DNA of 64,000 bases from Mesotaenium endlicherianum (taxonomy: Eukaryota): assembly GCA_009602735.1 (NCBI GenBank), contig WELA01003517.1:149141-213140 (forward strand), in the 5' to 3' direction. The translations under genes and the position numbers were made by a program. Within the stretch, counting starts at the first letter, position 1. Each line of letters begins with the position of its first letter. Of this stretch, positions 1 through 14,175 are shown in pieces. The notes under the pieces were generated by a model. It saw only the letters and a list, made by a program, of their open reading frames with translations, did not search any database and was not told the origin of the DNA.

Positions 1-1467
1 ATGCAGACGGAGTAGATGGAGGTCTACCATTTGGCAGTGGCTGCTATTTCATTTGTTGGTTGTGGCTAGTGGTTGGGTCTAAAATAAATAGGTGTCGCGC
101 TCATAAGGTAGTATACACACGATGATAGCTATGGGGCTATAGTGAGGTGTAGTGCTTACACATCCTATGGAATGGCTGGGATTTGAAGCCCTGTTTCTTG
201 TTTGTTCACTCTGCATTGCTTCTTTCTTTCAGATGTCCCTTACCTGACGTAAATCATAGCTCACTGGCACATCCCTCTGTCATTTGAGGGCACTCTTGAC
301 AAGAGCGCTCTTTGGGAGGGAAAAAGCAGTAGTGTTCGGATTGATATCTTTTCTTGCATCTTTTTTATTCCAGTCCATCAATTTCTTCGCCTTCGGGCAC
401 AACGGGACACCACATAGCTGGTGGCATCAATCTCTTATCGTACGTGAAGTGGAACAAACAAGCTCGGATCACCTCTTATCATGACCTTTGTTTGTCCAAG
501 CTTCAGGCATGCAACTCTATCACAAATGGTTGCATGCAATATCGGTATTCAAAGCACTGTGGTCAGTGTCGCTCTATCCCTTGCAAGAGTTGATGCTGTG
601 CTTTTTTATATACATTATATACAATACCTTTCACAATCTCCTGCACTTGCAATTGCTTTGCACTACCTTATCATGCAGCAACCGTCGAACGTTGAAAGTT
701 TGTATCTTACTAAATGCGACTAAAATTTCTTCTCTACTGAGTAGGCAACACGTTACCACCTATGCCTTGATGAACAAAAGAAGCAGGTAAAGGACGTAAG
801 AAAGCAACAAAATGCTTTAAGGGTCAGTGTGCTTCCCTCTTGTGTAATCTGACCTTCTGTGCAACATGGTCAGCATTGACAGCTCACTATCACGAATAAA
901 TTGCGGTTGCAGCATGCCATATAAGTATCTAATGGCTACTTACCCTTGGCTCGCCACTTGAGCTTCTGACCTCTGCTTACCCTTCAAGTATATGCTCATC
1001 TGTACTGACACAACTAGTACGTGAGCTAACTTCAACTTTCAACAATAACCTTTCCGACACCCTCAGCTGACACTTGTGTTGACAGTTGAAGTAATCCACA
1101 GTCTACACAACTCAAACACACTACTAGATTCAAAATCTGACGTGGATGTAGATTTGGATTCACAAATACAAACTTATTAACAACCATAATTGTATTTATT
1201 TACTACTTAGCGTCAAGATTGTCATATCCCTCCTTCGGCTGCATGACTTGTCAATCCAGCTCACTAGCAGCAGCCCCATGCCACTCTGAGGCCTGTTGCA
1301 ACTCCGCGCCTGCAAACGTCCACCCTGGCAGACTCGGCAGGGCTGCTGCTGCTGTGCCTCAACCTGCTGCTATGCTGCAAGCCGCTGCTCAAGCAGTGAC
1401 TTTATCTCTTAGGGAGCCCCTTCATCCTGTAAAGCAGCTGGCACTCCCCCCTCCCCCTCTCTCCCCC

Positions 1468-1972
1468 NNNNNNNNNNNNNNNNNNNNNNNNNNNNNNNNN
1501 NNNNNNNNNNNNNNNNNNNNNNNNNNNNNNNNNNNNNNNNNNNNNNNNNNNNNNNNNNNNNNNNNNNNNNNNNNNNNNNNNNNNNNNNNNNNNNNNNNNN
1601 NNNNNNNNNNNNNNNNNNNNNNNNNNNNNNNNNNNNNNNNNNNNNNNNNNNNNNNNNNNNNNNNNNNNNNNNNNNNNNNNNNNNNNNNNNNNNNNNNNNN
1701 NNNNNNNNNNNNNNNNNNNNNNNNNNNNNNNNNNNNNNNNNNNNNNNNNNNNNNNNNNNNNNNNNNNNNNNNNNNNNNNNNNNNNNNNNNNNNNNNNNNN
1801 NNNNNNNNNNNNNNNNNNNNNNNNNNNNNNNNNNNNNNNNNNNNNNNNNNNNNNNNNNNNNNNNNNNNNNNNNNNNNNNNNNNNNNNNNNNNNNNNNNNN
1901 NNNNNNNNNNNNNNNNNNNNNNNNNNNNNNNNNNNNNNNNNNNNNNNNNNNNNNNNNNNNNNNNNNNNNNNN
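1468..1972. other. Assembly gap (N run)
   Basis: Run of N; ORFs crossing it are artefacts. Confidence 1.
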
Positions 1973-4029
1973 CCCCCCTTCGCCGCCTCTTGTGGTTGCA
2001 CCCCTGTGGGATGTGGGCATGCTCTTAAACTCACCACCTTTTTGGCAGCAGAGAAAAGCGTGTCGAGAAAGGGAGCTGCGTGCTCTTCGAGTCCTCCCAG
2101 CATGCGCAGTGCCCCGCTCAAGTGCGACGTTCTTTGCATTCTGCCTCGCTCGGGCCTTCTCTCTGTTCACGCCTTCCCAGCCCACGCGCGGGCGCATAGT
2201 GACCATTCAATGGACCCCTTTCTCGTGTGCAGGCATGCAAGCGCTTGCCTGCCGACTGGGACAGAGCAGTGGAGACTGGGCGGCATCCACAGTGCACGAG
2301 TATGTGGGGCTTGACAAGCGGCTGCTGCCCTTGCTGCTGGGGCTCCGCCTCTGCACAACGTGCTGTTTGGAACCTCCGCCGCGCCGCTGCGAAATCCCGT
2401 GGTCTTGTGACAAAAGGTTCCCGGCTCCCACTTCTGGAGGTTCCTCGATGGGCTGTGGCTTCAGGCGTGCTGCAAATCCTGGCAGCAGGAGCAGCAGCAG
2501 CGTCGTCGTCGGCGCGGCCGGTGTCTGATGCGTGTGCACAAAACTGGTCGTGTGGGAGGCGGTGCATTTTGAGTATCGTTTAGCTCAGCGTGTGACACAA
2601 TGCAGAGATGTAGGGCTAGAATTTGAGAGCATGTGGATTCCGCCCCTGCTTGCGGGGCTGCACACCATGCACAGAAATGCCGGCAACTGAGGCTGTGGCT
2701 TGCTGTACTTGCGGCACCTGTCGGCCTGCGCGTGAGCGTGGCCGCCCTGCCGCTCGCACCAGCCCATGGTCGTGCAATGGATACCTGAAAAGACTCCTCG
2801 CGATTTCTCTGGCTCGTTAAGCACACGTCCCCTCGGTTGATGCAGCGCATCTGTGGTGCTGAGGGTGGCGTGGCCCGTGGTCAGGCGGTGGCGCCAAGCT
2901 CCAGGTGACGCGCAGGCACGGCACCGTCTCCTTCAGCCTCCGCAAGAGCGCCATTTGGCCGCCCTGGGCTTGAGGAAGCTTGGCATGGAGGCGCTTGAGA
3001 GTTGGCGCCGGGGGGAAGACAGAGACACTCGGCTGAAAATACGTCTCCGGGGCACGCACATTTTCAACGAGGTGTCCTCACTCCTGCAGGGCAAGCTCTC
3101 CATGCAGGGTGCCCACAGAGGCCTGCGGTGGACACTCCAGATCCTCTTCAATCAGTGCATGTGGGCGCAGACGATGCTCCTCAACCTTGCGGAGGAGCAG
3201 AGCGCCCCCTCCCTCGCCCCAGGCGCAGGACCCAAGCCTGGCCATTCTCCTGGGCTCCACATGGGGGCCGCCCCTGGGCCACCCTGCTCTGGAAGTGCTG
3301 AACGTGGATCGGGAGAGGGAGAACAGGCTGCTGCAGGAGGGGACCCTGGACGACAGGGCAGTCTTATGAGCACATCCGGGCCACTGTGGCGGAGTCCCCT
3401 CCTTGGAGGGGCATGCACGGGCCGATCCAGCTGAGTTTGTCACGGCGAAGCAGCTCGCTCGCTCGCTCCTGCGGCTGCTGCTGACGAGGTGCTCGCACCT
3501 CCTGGCGCCTTCCTATTGGCAGAAGCGCCGCATGACGCTGCCCGTGTGGGCGGCCTCCTTCCTGCCCCTGGTGTACGGCGAGACACTCCTGCCGAATTCG
3601 CACGTCAGAGGCAGCTCTGCGCCGTGGCATGACCCCCTCAAGCACAAGCCCATGCCTGCAGGCCTTGGCGTGGAGCCGCAGCAGGCCCCGGAGAGTGTTG
3701 CGAGCCCAACTGCCGCCAGCAGGGTTGACAAACCAGCAGAGAAGCAGCTCCCTTTGTCGCTGCCCAAGCAGCCAGCTGGCAAAGTTGTGAGCAGGACACT
3801 TGGCGCCGCCCCTGGACCCGGTGCTTCCAGCGTCGCAGCTAGCCCGAGAGAAAAGCTGGCAGGCCGGGAAAGCAGCGCCAGCGGAGCGGCCGGCGGGCCC
3901 AGTTGGCGTCGTGTAGGGGTGCAGCATCGGCTGCAGTCGCATGCAACATGCGGGGGATTTTGGAAAGACAAGCGAACCAGCCATGATCGGGCAAAGGGAG
4001 CGCGAAGATGCGAACTCAGGGTCGTGTGA
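1973..4029 (+). CDS. Putative multi-exon protein-coding gene, function unknown (5' part probably in or before the gap)
   Basis: GC-rich, coding-like segments (HEYVGLDKRLLPLLLGLRLC, LKIRLRGTHIFNE|ILFNQCMWAQTMLL, DPAEFVTAKQLARSLLRLLL). Plausible in-frame GT-AG intron at ~3072-3140. Exon structure not fully resolved. Confidence 0.4.
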
Positions 4030-4499
4030 CGTGTGTATCGTCACTTACGAGAAGGTTCGCAGAAGCGCCACTTGCAAGACTGCTGCACACTGCAGCCAGA
4101 GAGTGACCGAGACAAGCCTGGCCTCGCCACAAGCTGCTCCGCGGAGCCAGCTCCTCGGGCGGCAAGCAGCCTCCAAAGGCAACTCGATTGTAGTTTCTTT
4201 GTCATGTATGTGGGGAGTGTCACGGAGTTCCCTTCAGATCCAATATTATTCATCACTGTACATGTACGTTGTTGATATAACATTTTCATCTTGTGTTCTC
4301 TTGTTCATTGACGAGCACGGAGCCACATTTGTTTTTCAATGCCTCAAGCATAGATATAACTCGGTTTGACCACAGTTTTTTTTTAAATTTTTGGCTACGG
4401 CATGTACGACCAAGGGCCGAGAGAAACAACCTTCTGAGTCACTACTGAGTAAATCAAGACACATGCCAACAGGTACTTGTTTCTACGCACATTTGTCGA

Positions 4500-5030
4500 G
4501 CCTGCTGTGACATATTAGAGACAGGGTATAGATAGCTTTGGCCAGTCATATACTCTACGGTGAGAGATATTCGATCACAGTCTTCATGGACTTCACGACA
4601 AACTTGGCATTGCAAGCCTTTGGAGAAGAGTACCAGTGAATACCCTTGTGGCTAGGAGTTGCAGGAGCAAGGGTCAAAAACGTATAGTGAAACACACTCT
4701 CTGTAAATGATGTAAATTTTTTTGCCTGCGCTGGCATTTCAACTGCATTCTCATACTTTGTAGCCCTAGAGCTGCTCCGGCTCCACTAGTGAGGCATCCC
4801 AACCTTCACATGGCTCTCATCGATGAAGGCACATTGATTTGCTCGCTTGGCTTGCTTCACTGCCGGCAACATTGCTGTTGCAGCTTGATGATCAGACATT
4901 GCCATCTTCGCGCATTGAAGGACATGCTGACCTCATGGTAGGGAGTCAACTACAGTACAATTTCGTGAAAAGAACTTGAGCTTCTGCTTGAAAATCTTGG
5001 GACTCAACTCTCCTGGGTACGTGGGGAAGA
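4500..5030 (-). pseudogene. Possible decayed IS630/Tc1-like DDE transposase fragment
   Basis: One minus frame with stops reads CAFIDESHVKVG...WSRSSSRA...CNAKFVVKSMKTVIEYLSP*SI*LAKAIY. This resembles the FIDES and DNA-x-x-H blocks. No TIRs found. Confidence 0.28.
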
Positions 5031-7205
5031 TAGGGACTTCATAGTGGGTGATGCTGTTGACTTAATGTTGCCAACATTAGGAGAAAGGGGGAGGAAAATA
5101 GAAGTATGGTGCATATTAATTGTAGTGCACACCGCGTTCTGTCCAGACATGTCCACTAAACACTGGTAACTGGCGGCTATAAATCTATCACTTGCTGTTT
5201 GATGAACCGGTGCATTATGGTTCCCGCAGATAGTTGTGGATGTATACACATGCTGCTTAAGAGCGTCTGCCATTATTCGACCGCGGTTCTTTGATGCAGT
5301 CTTGTGCAGTCCATTCATATAAAGCACTTGTCACACTAGCAGCGGACCACCATCTTCCTGGGACAAACTCCACTGAGAATTTTTGGAGTCGTCCCTTGAC
5401 GATCTACTTGCTCTACGTCCTGTTGTACCATCTTTGCGCACGAACCTGTATCCTAATTGCCACCGTACATGACTTCATAACTGGGAGCATGTAAAACGCT
5501 TTCAGAACCTGTTAGGCTAGCTACAGTTGCAGTAGACAGAGGACAGCCACGCGCAGTTCAATTTCTGTTTAGATGTTGAAGTCCATACCTTGACGTTCAT
5601 TTCTCTAAATCCATCATCCTTCATGCATGTGATTGTGAAATATGAATGCGCAATGTGCGCGTTTCTACGATGGAGATGATTACCTCGTTCTAGCTACTAG
5701 TTTCGTGATTATTGAGCCAGCCCGAGCAAGCCCGACAGGAGTCCGAGGCGCTTGCTCGCACGATTCTATTCAAGTTAGAGGCATGAGTGGGCGTGAGTGG
5801 GCGTGACTGTGTTCAGTGTTGAAGGCATGGTCCTGGCACGGACAGAACTCACCTGAAAGCTGCACTGTGTGCTGCAGAGTAGGGACTTCAGAGTCCGGAG
5901 GCGACTGCTAGACTGCTGCTACTGGCTGCTTTACGGTTTAAAAGCAGTTTGAAGCAGTTTAAAGTGCTTCATTATTGTCCTGCATGCATTTGAACAGTTC
6001 CCAACAGCTTTTCGATGAGCATTTTGAAAATATTGATGTTCGGAGATTTTAGTGAGTCAGCCTTTCAAGTGCGCGATTGTGCGGGACTGTGCGAGATGGT
6101 GTGAGAAGTTGAGAACATGCACGGCCCATGCGCGGCCATGCATTGCGGTGCCAGACACGTTATATACCGCAATGATGGAATCATGGAACCATATACACCA
6201 TATATAATTCAGATGTAGACCTCATGTCTACCACGTCAACTGCAATGAGCAACTAAGGAGTCGCCTGCCGATGTGAAAACACCATTTTGCTTCTCGACTT
6301 GGCTCCACTTGGCCGCTGTTGGCAGAAAAGACTTCTGAACATGGTACGCGTAACGTCGCTGTAACAACCAGAAGCAGCCGAACCAGAGATCCACCTCCTG
6401 CCAACAACTCCCATCCAAGACATGATCCCAAGATTCCAACCACCACGCCTTTAATCAACCAGTCTCGCGTCTGCTCTAGTGACTATTCCCTTCTAGCAAA
6501 TTCGAGCGGACGCTAATCGTCATGCATTTCCTATAGAGAGTCGAGACCAGCCGGAAAGTCAAGGCCCCGGGGGCCGGTACCAGTGGTGACGGTCTGACCA
6601 GGTCCTGCCGCCAGCGTCGTCGACCCTTTTGCCAGATGATTACGACCACTTCTGATATTGCCGACAGTAGCAGCCAACAACATAAGCCTATCTTGAAGGA
6701 TATCGTATCCCTCCTGGTCACCTTTCCAGCTTGCCTTGGATTGCCTTGGAACCAACAAATGGCACAAACAGAGTAGCATTTTCCAGACAGGAGCCACGAG
6801 GAGGCATGATGGTGACTCCAACTTCGCATGCCGCCTTCGTCTCCAGCCGGGCACAATATTCGGTCGAACATATCGTCTCTCGAAGCACATAAACAAGTTT
6901 CAAGTGAAAGCGTGGCGTGTTATCATTCGTCAATGATGATCGAGGACCAACGAGATTATATGTTTGCAGCTTCGGCGTAGTGGCTGACCGTATCGAACAC
7001 GCAAGCGCGTGCAGCGGCAATGCAAAACTGTTCAATATGGTCGTGCAGGGCGAAACGATTTGTTTGGTACTCCCTGCTCACGTCAGTATAACTCCTGGAG
7101 ACACGGCATTGGAAGACGATAGCACTTGTGTGTTCTGCGTTCTGCCTTCCTACGTAGGTTCTTGAGAATTTTCGATTCCTTCTTGAATAGCAGTGGGTGC
7201 ACTCG

Positions 7206-9300
7206 ATGACTGTCGCCATCGATCCAGTAAGTCAAATTTCTCACCGGAGCACCTTGAAAGCGGCCAGCAAACATTGGGGTGCATATGAAAGAAAGCTGAC
7301 AGTCGGGGAGAGAAATAGTTTTGATAAAGAAGAAGTGCGACATAAATGCGTCGGTGAAGAGGCTATTGTAGACAGAACAGAAGGTAGTGCCAATAATCAG
7401 GTTAGACAACGCAATTTGACATTTGGAGGCCCACTATCAGGAAAACAAAAGGTCATCACAATGAGGACTGGATCATCTTCTGCTAAGAATCAAAGTGTTT
7501 CACTGTCTTTAAAGCGTGACTTGACGAAGGTTGCAAAAGAAGGTGGGGATGCAAGGAAAAGCAGGAAACGGGCCAGAGATGCGGAAGAAGTCCAAGTTTT
7601 CAGCATGAGGCACTCCGCAGCAGCAGGTTAGACAATAGCTACTGAGCATACCCTTCTTGCTATAAATACTCTTCCCTGGCCGCTCTTCTACGATGTACTT
7701 GGTGCATGTGCGGTATATTGACTTGCTGGTGTACCTTGATGAAACAGTTTGGAAGACTGCTGTTCTGGCGACTAACTAATACCAAGGGTTCTGTTTTGCA
7801 GGCACTCTGTCGCAGAATGAAGCAGATGCCAGGAGGGAAGGACAGGGACCCTCTAGTCAGGCTTTATCGGCTGACTTGCAGGGTCTGGAAGAGCAGCCAG
7901 CCGTAGTGCTTGGCAAAGGGCCCAGGAGCAAGAGAGCAACGTTTTGCCACTCTCCGCTTCCTTTGCCTTCCGATTGCATGCCGAGCGGAGAACTTGATGT
8001 GGAAGCAGCTTCCAGGGAGCTTCCTGCCAGCCTGAACGCTGACGTGCACAGTTATCATCACGTGTCGGATCTGCTAGCTGGCAGGTTGACGCCTGAGCAC
8101 TGCCCACCCCCACCCTCACCCCCACCCTCTCACGCTGCACCTGCACGTTACTCGCCTCCCCCGGAGTTCCTCAGTGAGGACTCTGCCCACATAAGCCACC
8201 TCATTGCCAAGTACTCGCAGCCAGCTGTCGACCAGGCCCTGTGGTCCCCACGAGTCAGCGGCAGCCAGTGGAGGCAGGAGGGCCTCTATAATCCGCCGAC
8301 ATCTTCATACGCATACGCCGCCCCCCCAGCCCCCCCTGCCCCCGTGAGTGCCAACGAGTATTTGGGGGCAGGCTCTTTCTGGGAAGCACCCGACTCCAGA
8401 GGGGTGCCCAAGGCATCCAGTTACCTCAGGGGCCACGTGAAGCCCTCCTATTCTCTCCTGGAGTATGAGCTGCGGTCTGGATCTGCTGGGCCGAACAGGG
8501 ACACCTGTAGGGGCCACGAGCAGGGGTCACTGAGCAAGCCGATGTGGCCGGGGCTGGAGCCGGGAGCGGGGGCAGAGGAGTTTTGGCAACAGGGGCCGCT
8601 GCTGCCGCCGCCGCCGTCGCCACCTGGCGTGCTGCGGCTGGAGGGAGCGTGCTCGGGTCCCCTGCTCCCGTTTGGTGACCGCGGGCGGAGGCTGGAGTCG
8701 CTCCTGGACATGGCAGAGCTCTCGTCCGCTATGGACACGCCTAGCTGCAAGAGTGGCGCGGACGACATCGACGACTGGCTGGTGAACGACTCGCAGATGG
8801 AGTGGCTGGAGGGGGCCTCTGACTGGCTGCAGGCTGCGGGGCTTCCCTTGCTCCTGGAGAAGTCGGAGGCGGATGTGGACGCGGCCGAGAGGAGCTTTCC
8901 GCGTGTGAGCACGAGCGAGAGCACCACCGCCAACGACGGCTCCGTCAGCGCTGCAACCGTCACTAACGAGGATGTGGCTTCTGCTGGCGTGAGGGCACTA
9001 GGGGGAGGCGCGGTGCCCAAGGGCAAGGATGAGGAGGAAGTGCACACGCGTGAAGGACGTGCTAGAGATGGGAGGGAGGAGGGGCAGGAGGAGGAGGAGG
9101 CGGTGTTCTCACACCTGAAGCCCTTCTTCCGAAACTTCTCCCTGGACTGGCTGCCCGGCAGCGAGGACAGCACCGGCGGCCTGAAGCAGCAGGCGCTGCC
9201 GCTGCCGCACGAGGACGGCATGAAGCTCAAGCTCTTTGAGGCAGGTGTCATTACTCTGCCAAAGCAGGTGGAGGACGTGGGTGAAAGCACCGACTGCTAG
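7206..9300 (+). CDS. Protein of unknown function, Pro/Ser/acidic low-complexity, at least 2 exons (upstream exons possible)
   Basis: Exon ending 7626 joins exon 7802-9300 in phase. The GT-AG intron 7627-7801 has an ACTAAC branch point. Basic RKSRKR stretch; 474-aa GC-rich terminal ORF. Confidence 0.65.
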
Positions 9301-11526
9301 GAGTAGCCCCCCTCCCCCCCCTCCACCTCACAGCGGTGGCAGGCGGCGGTGCCTGCACCCGTTTTTTTGTTCCCTGTACATACATTCATTTGGTCATGGA
9401 TTGGCGGGAGCCTCTCTTTGTATATACATCAGATACGTTACAGGTTGGTTGGTAGCCCTGGTAGCAAGCAGGGCTCGAGTGGTAGCCTCCACGAGCTGGC
9501 ACATCTTGTGTGTGTGCTAGAATATGTGCGTGGCCTCCTGTACAGATTGCTTATTGGTTCTCATTTTTGGCGTGAAGGCGCGAAGGTGAAGGGTTGTGCT
9601 CTAGTTTCCATTCGCAAGGCCAGGCGAAGCAATGGATTTTTTCCCAGACCGCTTCTCCTGATCATATATCAATCTAGCGTAAGGGAGAAGATTTGAGAGA
9701 GAGTGCATCGTGGGATGTCAACGCGCGTAGCATCCTGAGGGAGGGGCGCCTTTTGTACATAGCGGCCGACTTTCAGAGCACAATCAATACTCACACTCTG
9801 TTGACTTATGTCAGTCAGCTTGAGATCATATCTGCCCAAATCTCCTAGGAGCTTCAGTGAAAAGGAGGCCTGCAGTGTTACATGGTTGCGCGCATACGCT
9901 GAGTCTCAAACTATGTGCTGAGGATGTAGGTAGGTAGGCCGGTAAGCAGTACGTCAAGAAGGTGGAAGAAGCTGGTACATGAACTGCTGTTTCAGCAGGG
10001 ATGCATGTGATGATACTTTACTTGTTGACCTAGCAGTTCCGTGGTCAAATGTTGGAACAGTTTTTTTGTCTGCTTCTTGCTTGTAAATACTTTACATCTC
10101 TAATACATGGGCTCAATTTGGATTCCATATACTTGATTTGGATTGCATATACATTTTTGAGCTAAAAGTTTTTTCGTTTCCTGTACTTATTGGACTGATC
10201 ATTCGTTGCTTCCATGTCACCACAAGCTTCTACCATCAAAGTTCATGTGTCTCCACATCAAAGTTACGTGTTTGACAATTTTAATTGCCTGATTTCGAAA
10301 GAAAGAAGGTGATCATTGAAAGAAAATAGTAGGAGAAGTAATATGCTATGGTGCGCGTCATCTGTTCTTTGTCTTATCCTTTCCTACGTGTTGCTACGTT
10401 TATATAAGTGTAGACATTTCTATTCAATTCCCTAACAAAACTTGACTAGCAACTGCACCAGTCGTGCGATCGTATGAGAACGAGACTCTTGCAAAAAAAA
10501 AATGGTGCTATTGTTGTGTTGTGGTTGGCCGCCGGATATTTTCCGCAGGTTACTGCCAATAGACACTGAAGTACCAAACAAAACACAACACTCTTGTGCA
10601 TGGCTGTGACTGGTGCGGGCCCAAACTTAGGCTTGGGCCTGACTCGCGCACCTCCCGGTGGGGGGGGTTAGAGGGGTGGGTGGGTGGGTAAGTGTAGCAG
10701 TCACTTCCTGCTGCAATGAAAGATGCGTTGCAAATTAGAAGCCTTTACGAGGTTTAGGTGTGTCGATCGAACACGTCACGTGTGAAATCTACCAATTTGA
10801 CCACTTGTTAAACCTTTCATTAACACTACAGGCAAACTTTTGGACAACATTTATTGACTGTGAATCTTGTATGACAGTATTGCAAAAGTGTCCTCATACA
10901 TAGCCCCACCATAATGAGAAATTTGAGTGTGATCATGAATAAGATGAATTTTCTATATTAATTCGTAAAGTCGCTTACTCCACATTCTTCTTTTCTACCA
11001 TATTTACAAAATACATTTTTCACACTACTTAACACTGTCCATGCATTTATCCTAAATAACTTCCTGTTGATTTTGAGTGGTGTACATAAGATTCCTCACT
11101 TGGTTTGTAGAAATTACCAATCTTGAAGTGTCCTCTGTCCCTTTCATTTTACTGCTTCCTTTGCCTTGAACAGTAATAGTACTTCATGATTTCCAGTTGG
11201 TGGCCCTTATGGGGCTTCTGAGTGGAATAACTGTGACCACAAAGTTGGCACATAAATCAAAAAAAGGAAAAAACCACTCCAAATTTATAATCGACGAGGT
11301 GACTCACACCTCATAAAGATATACACGTATTTTTTTCTAGATTAATCAGGAGGCATGTTGTCATCTAGGACATCATAATTTGGTGCTACAAGACTTGCCT
11401 TGACCATAGACGAATAGAGCAAGAATAATCTCAGACACAGATGTGGACCTACGCATTCTCTCAATCGATTAAGCCTTGAAATTACTTGCTCCCAGCTTGA
11501 AATACTACGCCAGTCAAGCAAAACCT

Positions 11527-13269
11527 TTACACCACACCTAAGCCTTCAACCCTTTGTGAAACAGGAGTCCACTTGATTAAGGAAGATGTCTGCACAAAGA
11601 AACCACGCGAAGGCCTCAAAACAGATGAGAAACATGAAGTAGGGGAAGAAGCTGGCCTTGTATTCCAAGGTGCTTTCAACTGCATTCTCTCCAATCCGCA
11701 ACTCCAAAGGCTGCATGGGTAACCCTTACACACTACACAAACAGCATCAAAAAACAAGAAACACATATGGCACTGCCTCATGCAAAATGCACTTAAATGT
11801 AGGAGAATCAGGGAAAGAAGCAAACCTTCAAGTGACCTTTGATACGAATGCTGGCTTTTCAATGGCAGAAAGGCCACAATCCCAGAGCAAATTGTCTGCC
11901 GTGAGCCTGCCACAAATTTTTGTCAAAACACAGCATAAATTACAATGTTGACTTCAGTATCACATTCAAGGCCAATCTGCAATTCAATATTGAGAAGGAA
12001 AGGAAGCATTCAGCTCCCATAGAAAAAAGAGACACAGTGCGGCTGGAGCATCAGCTAGGAGCGAAAGACAATGCTCTTGATTTTCATAACGCCTCAAGGG
12101 CGCATCAAGTGAACTATGCAATACATCACGGCTCCAGCACAACTTGATAACACAGCATGCAGAAGCAGAACATTTTTGAACATTACAAGGACAAAGCAAG
12201 TGAACCAGCCTAAGAAAGTGAAGCATATGACAGCACAGTGCTAAAAAGACTCATGAACAAATGGGTGAAAAGCCTCAGACAAAAATATTTCAGCACGGCA
12301 GCAAAAGCTGCTAAGATATATGCTTGTCAACATTTTGGAACATCACAGGCCAGGCACCCAAGACCACTTGCAACAGAATGCCATGAATTTTATGAGACCC
12401 ATACATAGCATAGCACAAATAACAGATGGAGGACAAGTATGGGTGGCCTCAGAAGGAAGGCAGTAGAACTGTTGTTTCTGTGTCAGAGCAGGGACCAAAA
12501 GGCCAACTTGCTAACCAGCGCATAAGTTCTTTCATCAGTGACCACCCATATCTAGCTTCTCAAGAGAATATTTGCACCAGCATTCACAAGGAACACAGTT
12601 GGCACAGTTTCCTCGTCATACTACCAGCATGCTTGGGTCAGGAGAAATATACCAGTTCCACATGTCAGCTTTCGGATAGGGATAACTGTTGTGTATGTTT
12701 TCTCATCATCCCCGAGCACAAACAGATAGGACACTTGCAGCCTGACTGACCAAAAGATCACAACACCGAGTGTAACAACTGGAGAACGTCTCTGGGCCAA
12801 AATACATTATTCTAAAAACACATTAGTGGGGATACCATGATGTGGCTAGGTCAAAGATGAACAAAAAGAGTGGGCTCAGACAGAAACCACACCTGAAGCT
12901 GACTGTCATCGTGGTACGTCCATCAGCTTCAATTTTAGCTCTAACTGCGAAACAATCAAAGAAGGCTCGATGATGGTCAGGCAAAACAAGGAACACTGAC
13001 TCCAAAAATCTGAGCTTTATAAACGCATCTCAACAGAGTATTTAAGTGCAACGTGATCATAGTAAGACACACAATCAAGCGAGGACAGGCTCAAGCATGG
13101 CATAAATGGCATCAAAGTTAAGTAGTTGTAATGCAGGACATAAAGTAATTAAAACAAAGGGCAAGTCAAACAGACGTAGCTCACCATCTCCAGAGGGCCG
13201 AGACGTTACAACGTGACCGTGTACAGCACCGGGTCCAACCACGTTCCCCACATCATACGGACCAGGCAT
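11527..13269 (-). CDS. Putative multi-exon gene of unknown function, head-to-head with NDUFAF2-like gene
   Basis: Phase-consistent exons 13269-13185, 12944-12893, 11906-11837, 11710-~11657 and ~11589-11527 give MPGPYDV...SGDVRAKIEADGRTTMTVSFRLTADNLLWDCGLSAIEKPAFVSKPLELRIGENAVESTLEYK. One donor would be GC. Both ends are uncertain. Confidence 0.5.
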
Positions 13270-14175
13270 TCCTAGCCCATGGCTAGCTAAGAACACCTGA
13301 CTCCTTCATAGTTGAAGACTCATGCTGCATTGCAGGATAACACACAGCTTCGCTCTCTTCCATGACCGCCATCAAGACGACACACCAGCTCTGACTTAGA
13401 AAAATCTTGATGTGCGCCTGTAACCGTCAGGAGCCGCCGCCGCGCCCGAGTGGAAATGCTTGATCTCCATCAAGAGATAATACTGATGAGATGCACTGCA
13501 GCGAACGCTTCGAGGTCAAGTAGGGCGTGGTTTTGGTGACAAAATTGAACTTCGATATATGAGGCCTCACTATGATGTGATAAACCTCAGCCTCTGCTTC
13601 TGCAGGTTCGATACCACACACATGGTCGTACGAGCGATTTTGTGAGTGAATTCTAAATCATTTCAAAGCATTTCAAAGAGCTAAACCTGCTGCGAACACG
13701 TGTGAAATGGGCATGACGAGTATGAACGGGAGAACGACTCTCGGTCGAGTTTTGATCGATCAGTGGACCGTCAGTGTGTGAAGCAAGTCGAGACGTTTGA
13801 GGAAAGCAAAGCGACGGAGCTTCACGACCATACTGCAATTTTCCACATTGTCCAGTCCCGAACTCGAGGCCCACGTACCGTCGACTGTGAGGCTTGAGCC
13901 ATGTAGACAGCGAGTTATAGCTCCCATTTATTAACTTATCACATGCTTGCCTTTCTCCGCCCAGGTGTATGTATATTAGGCATCGTATGCGGAAAGTCTG
14001 GTCTTCGTTGTGAATATTGTTTATCTGCAGATTTCTGCGTCACCCTGCATGGAAATGAATGATAGCCTCTCGACTGGAAACATAGTTTGATTCAGCTTAC
14101 GTATTGCCGTAGTTCAGACGAGCTCGAAAGAAGAGCTGTCTAGCGTCAGTCTGGCAGCTGAAGATTTCCTGTAGA

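Noticed and set aside
1219..2206. Long ORFs spanning the first gap (likewise 58428-60182)
   Set aside because: Their length comes from N runs translated as X.
8448..9290. 280-aa antisense ORF
   Set aside because: Shadow of the GC-rich plus-strand exon.
10657..10690. G-rich tract able to form a G-quadruplex
   Set aside because: Isolated low-complexity run with no supporting context.
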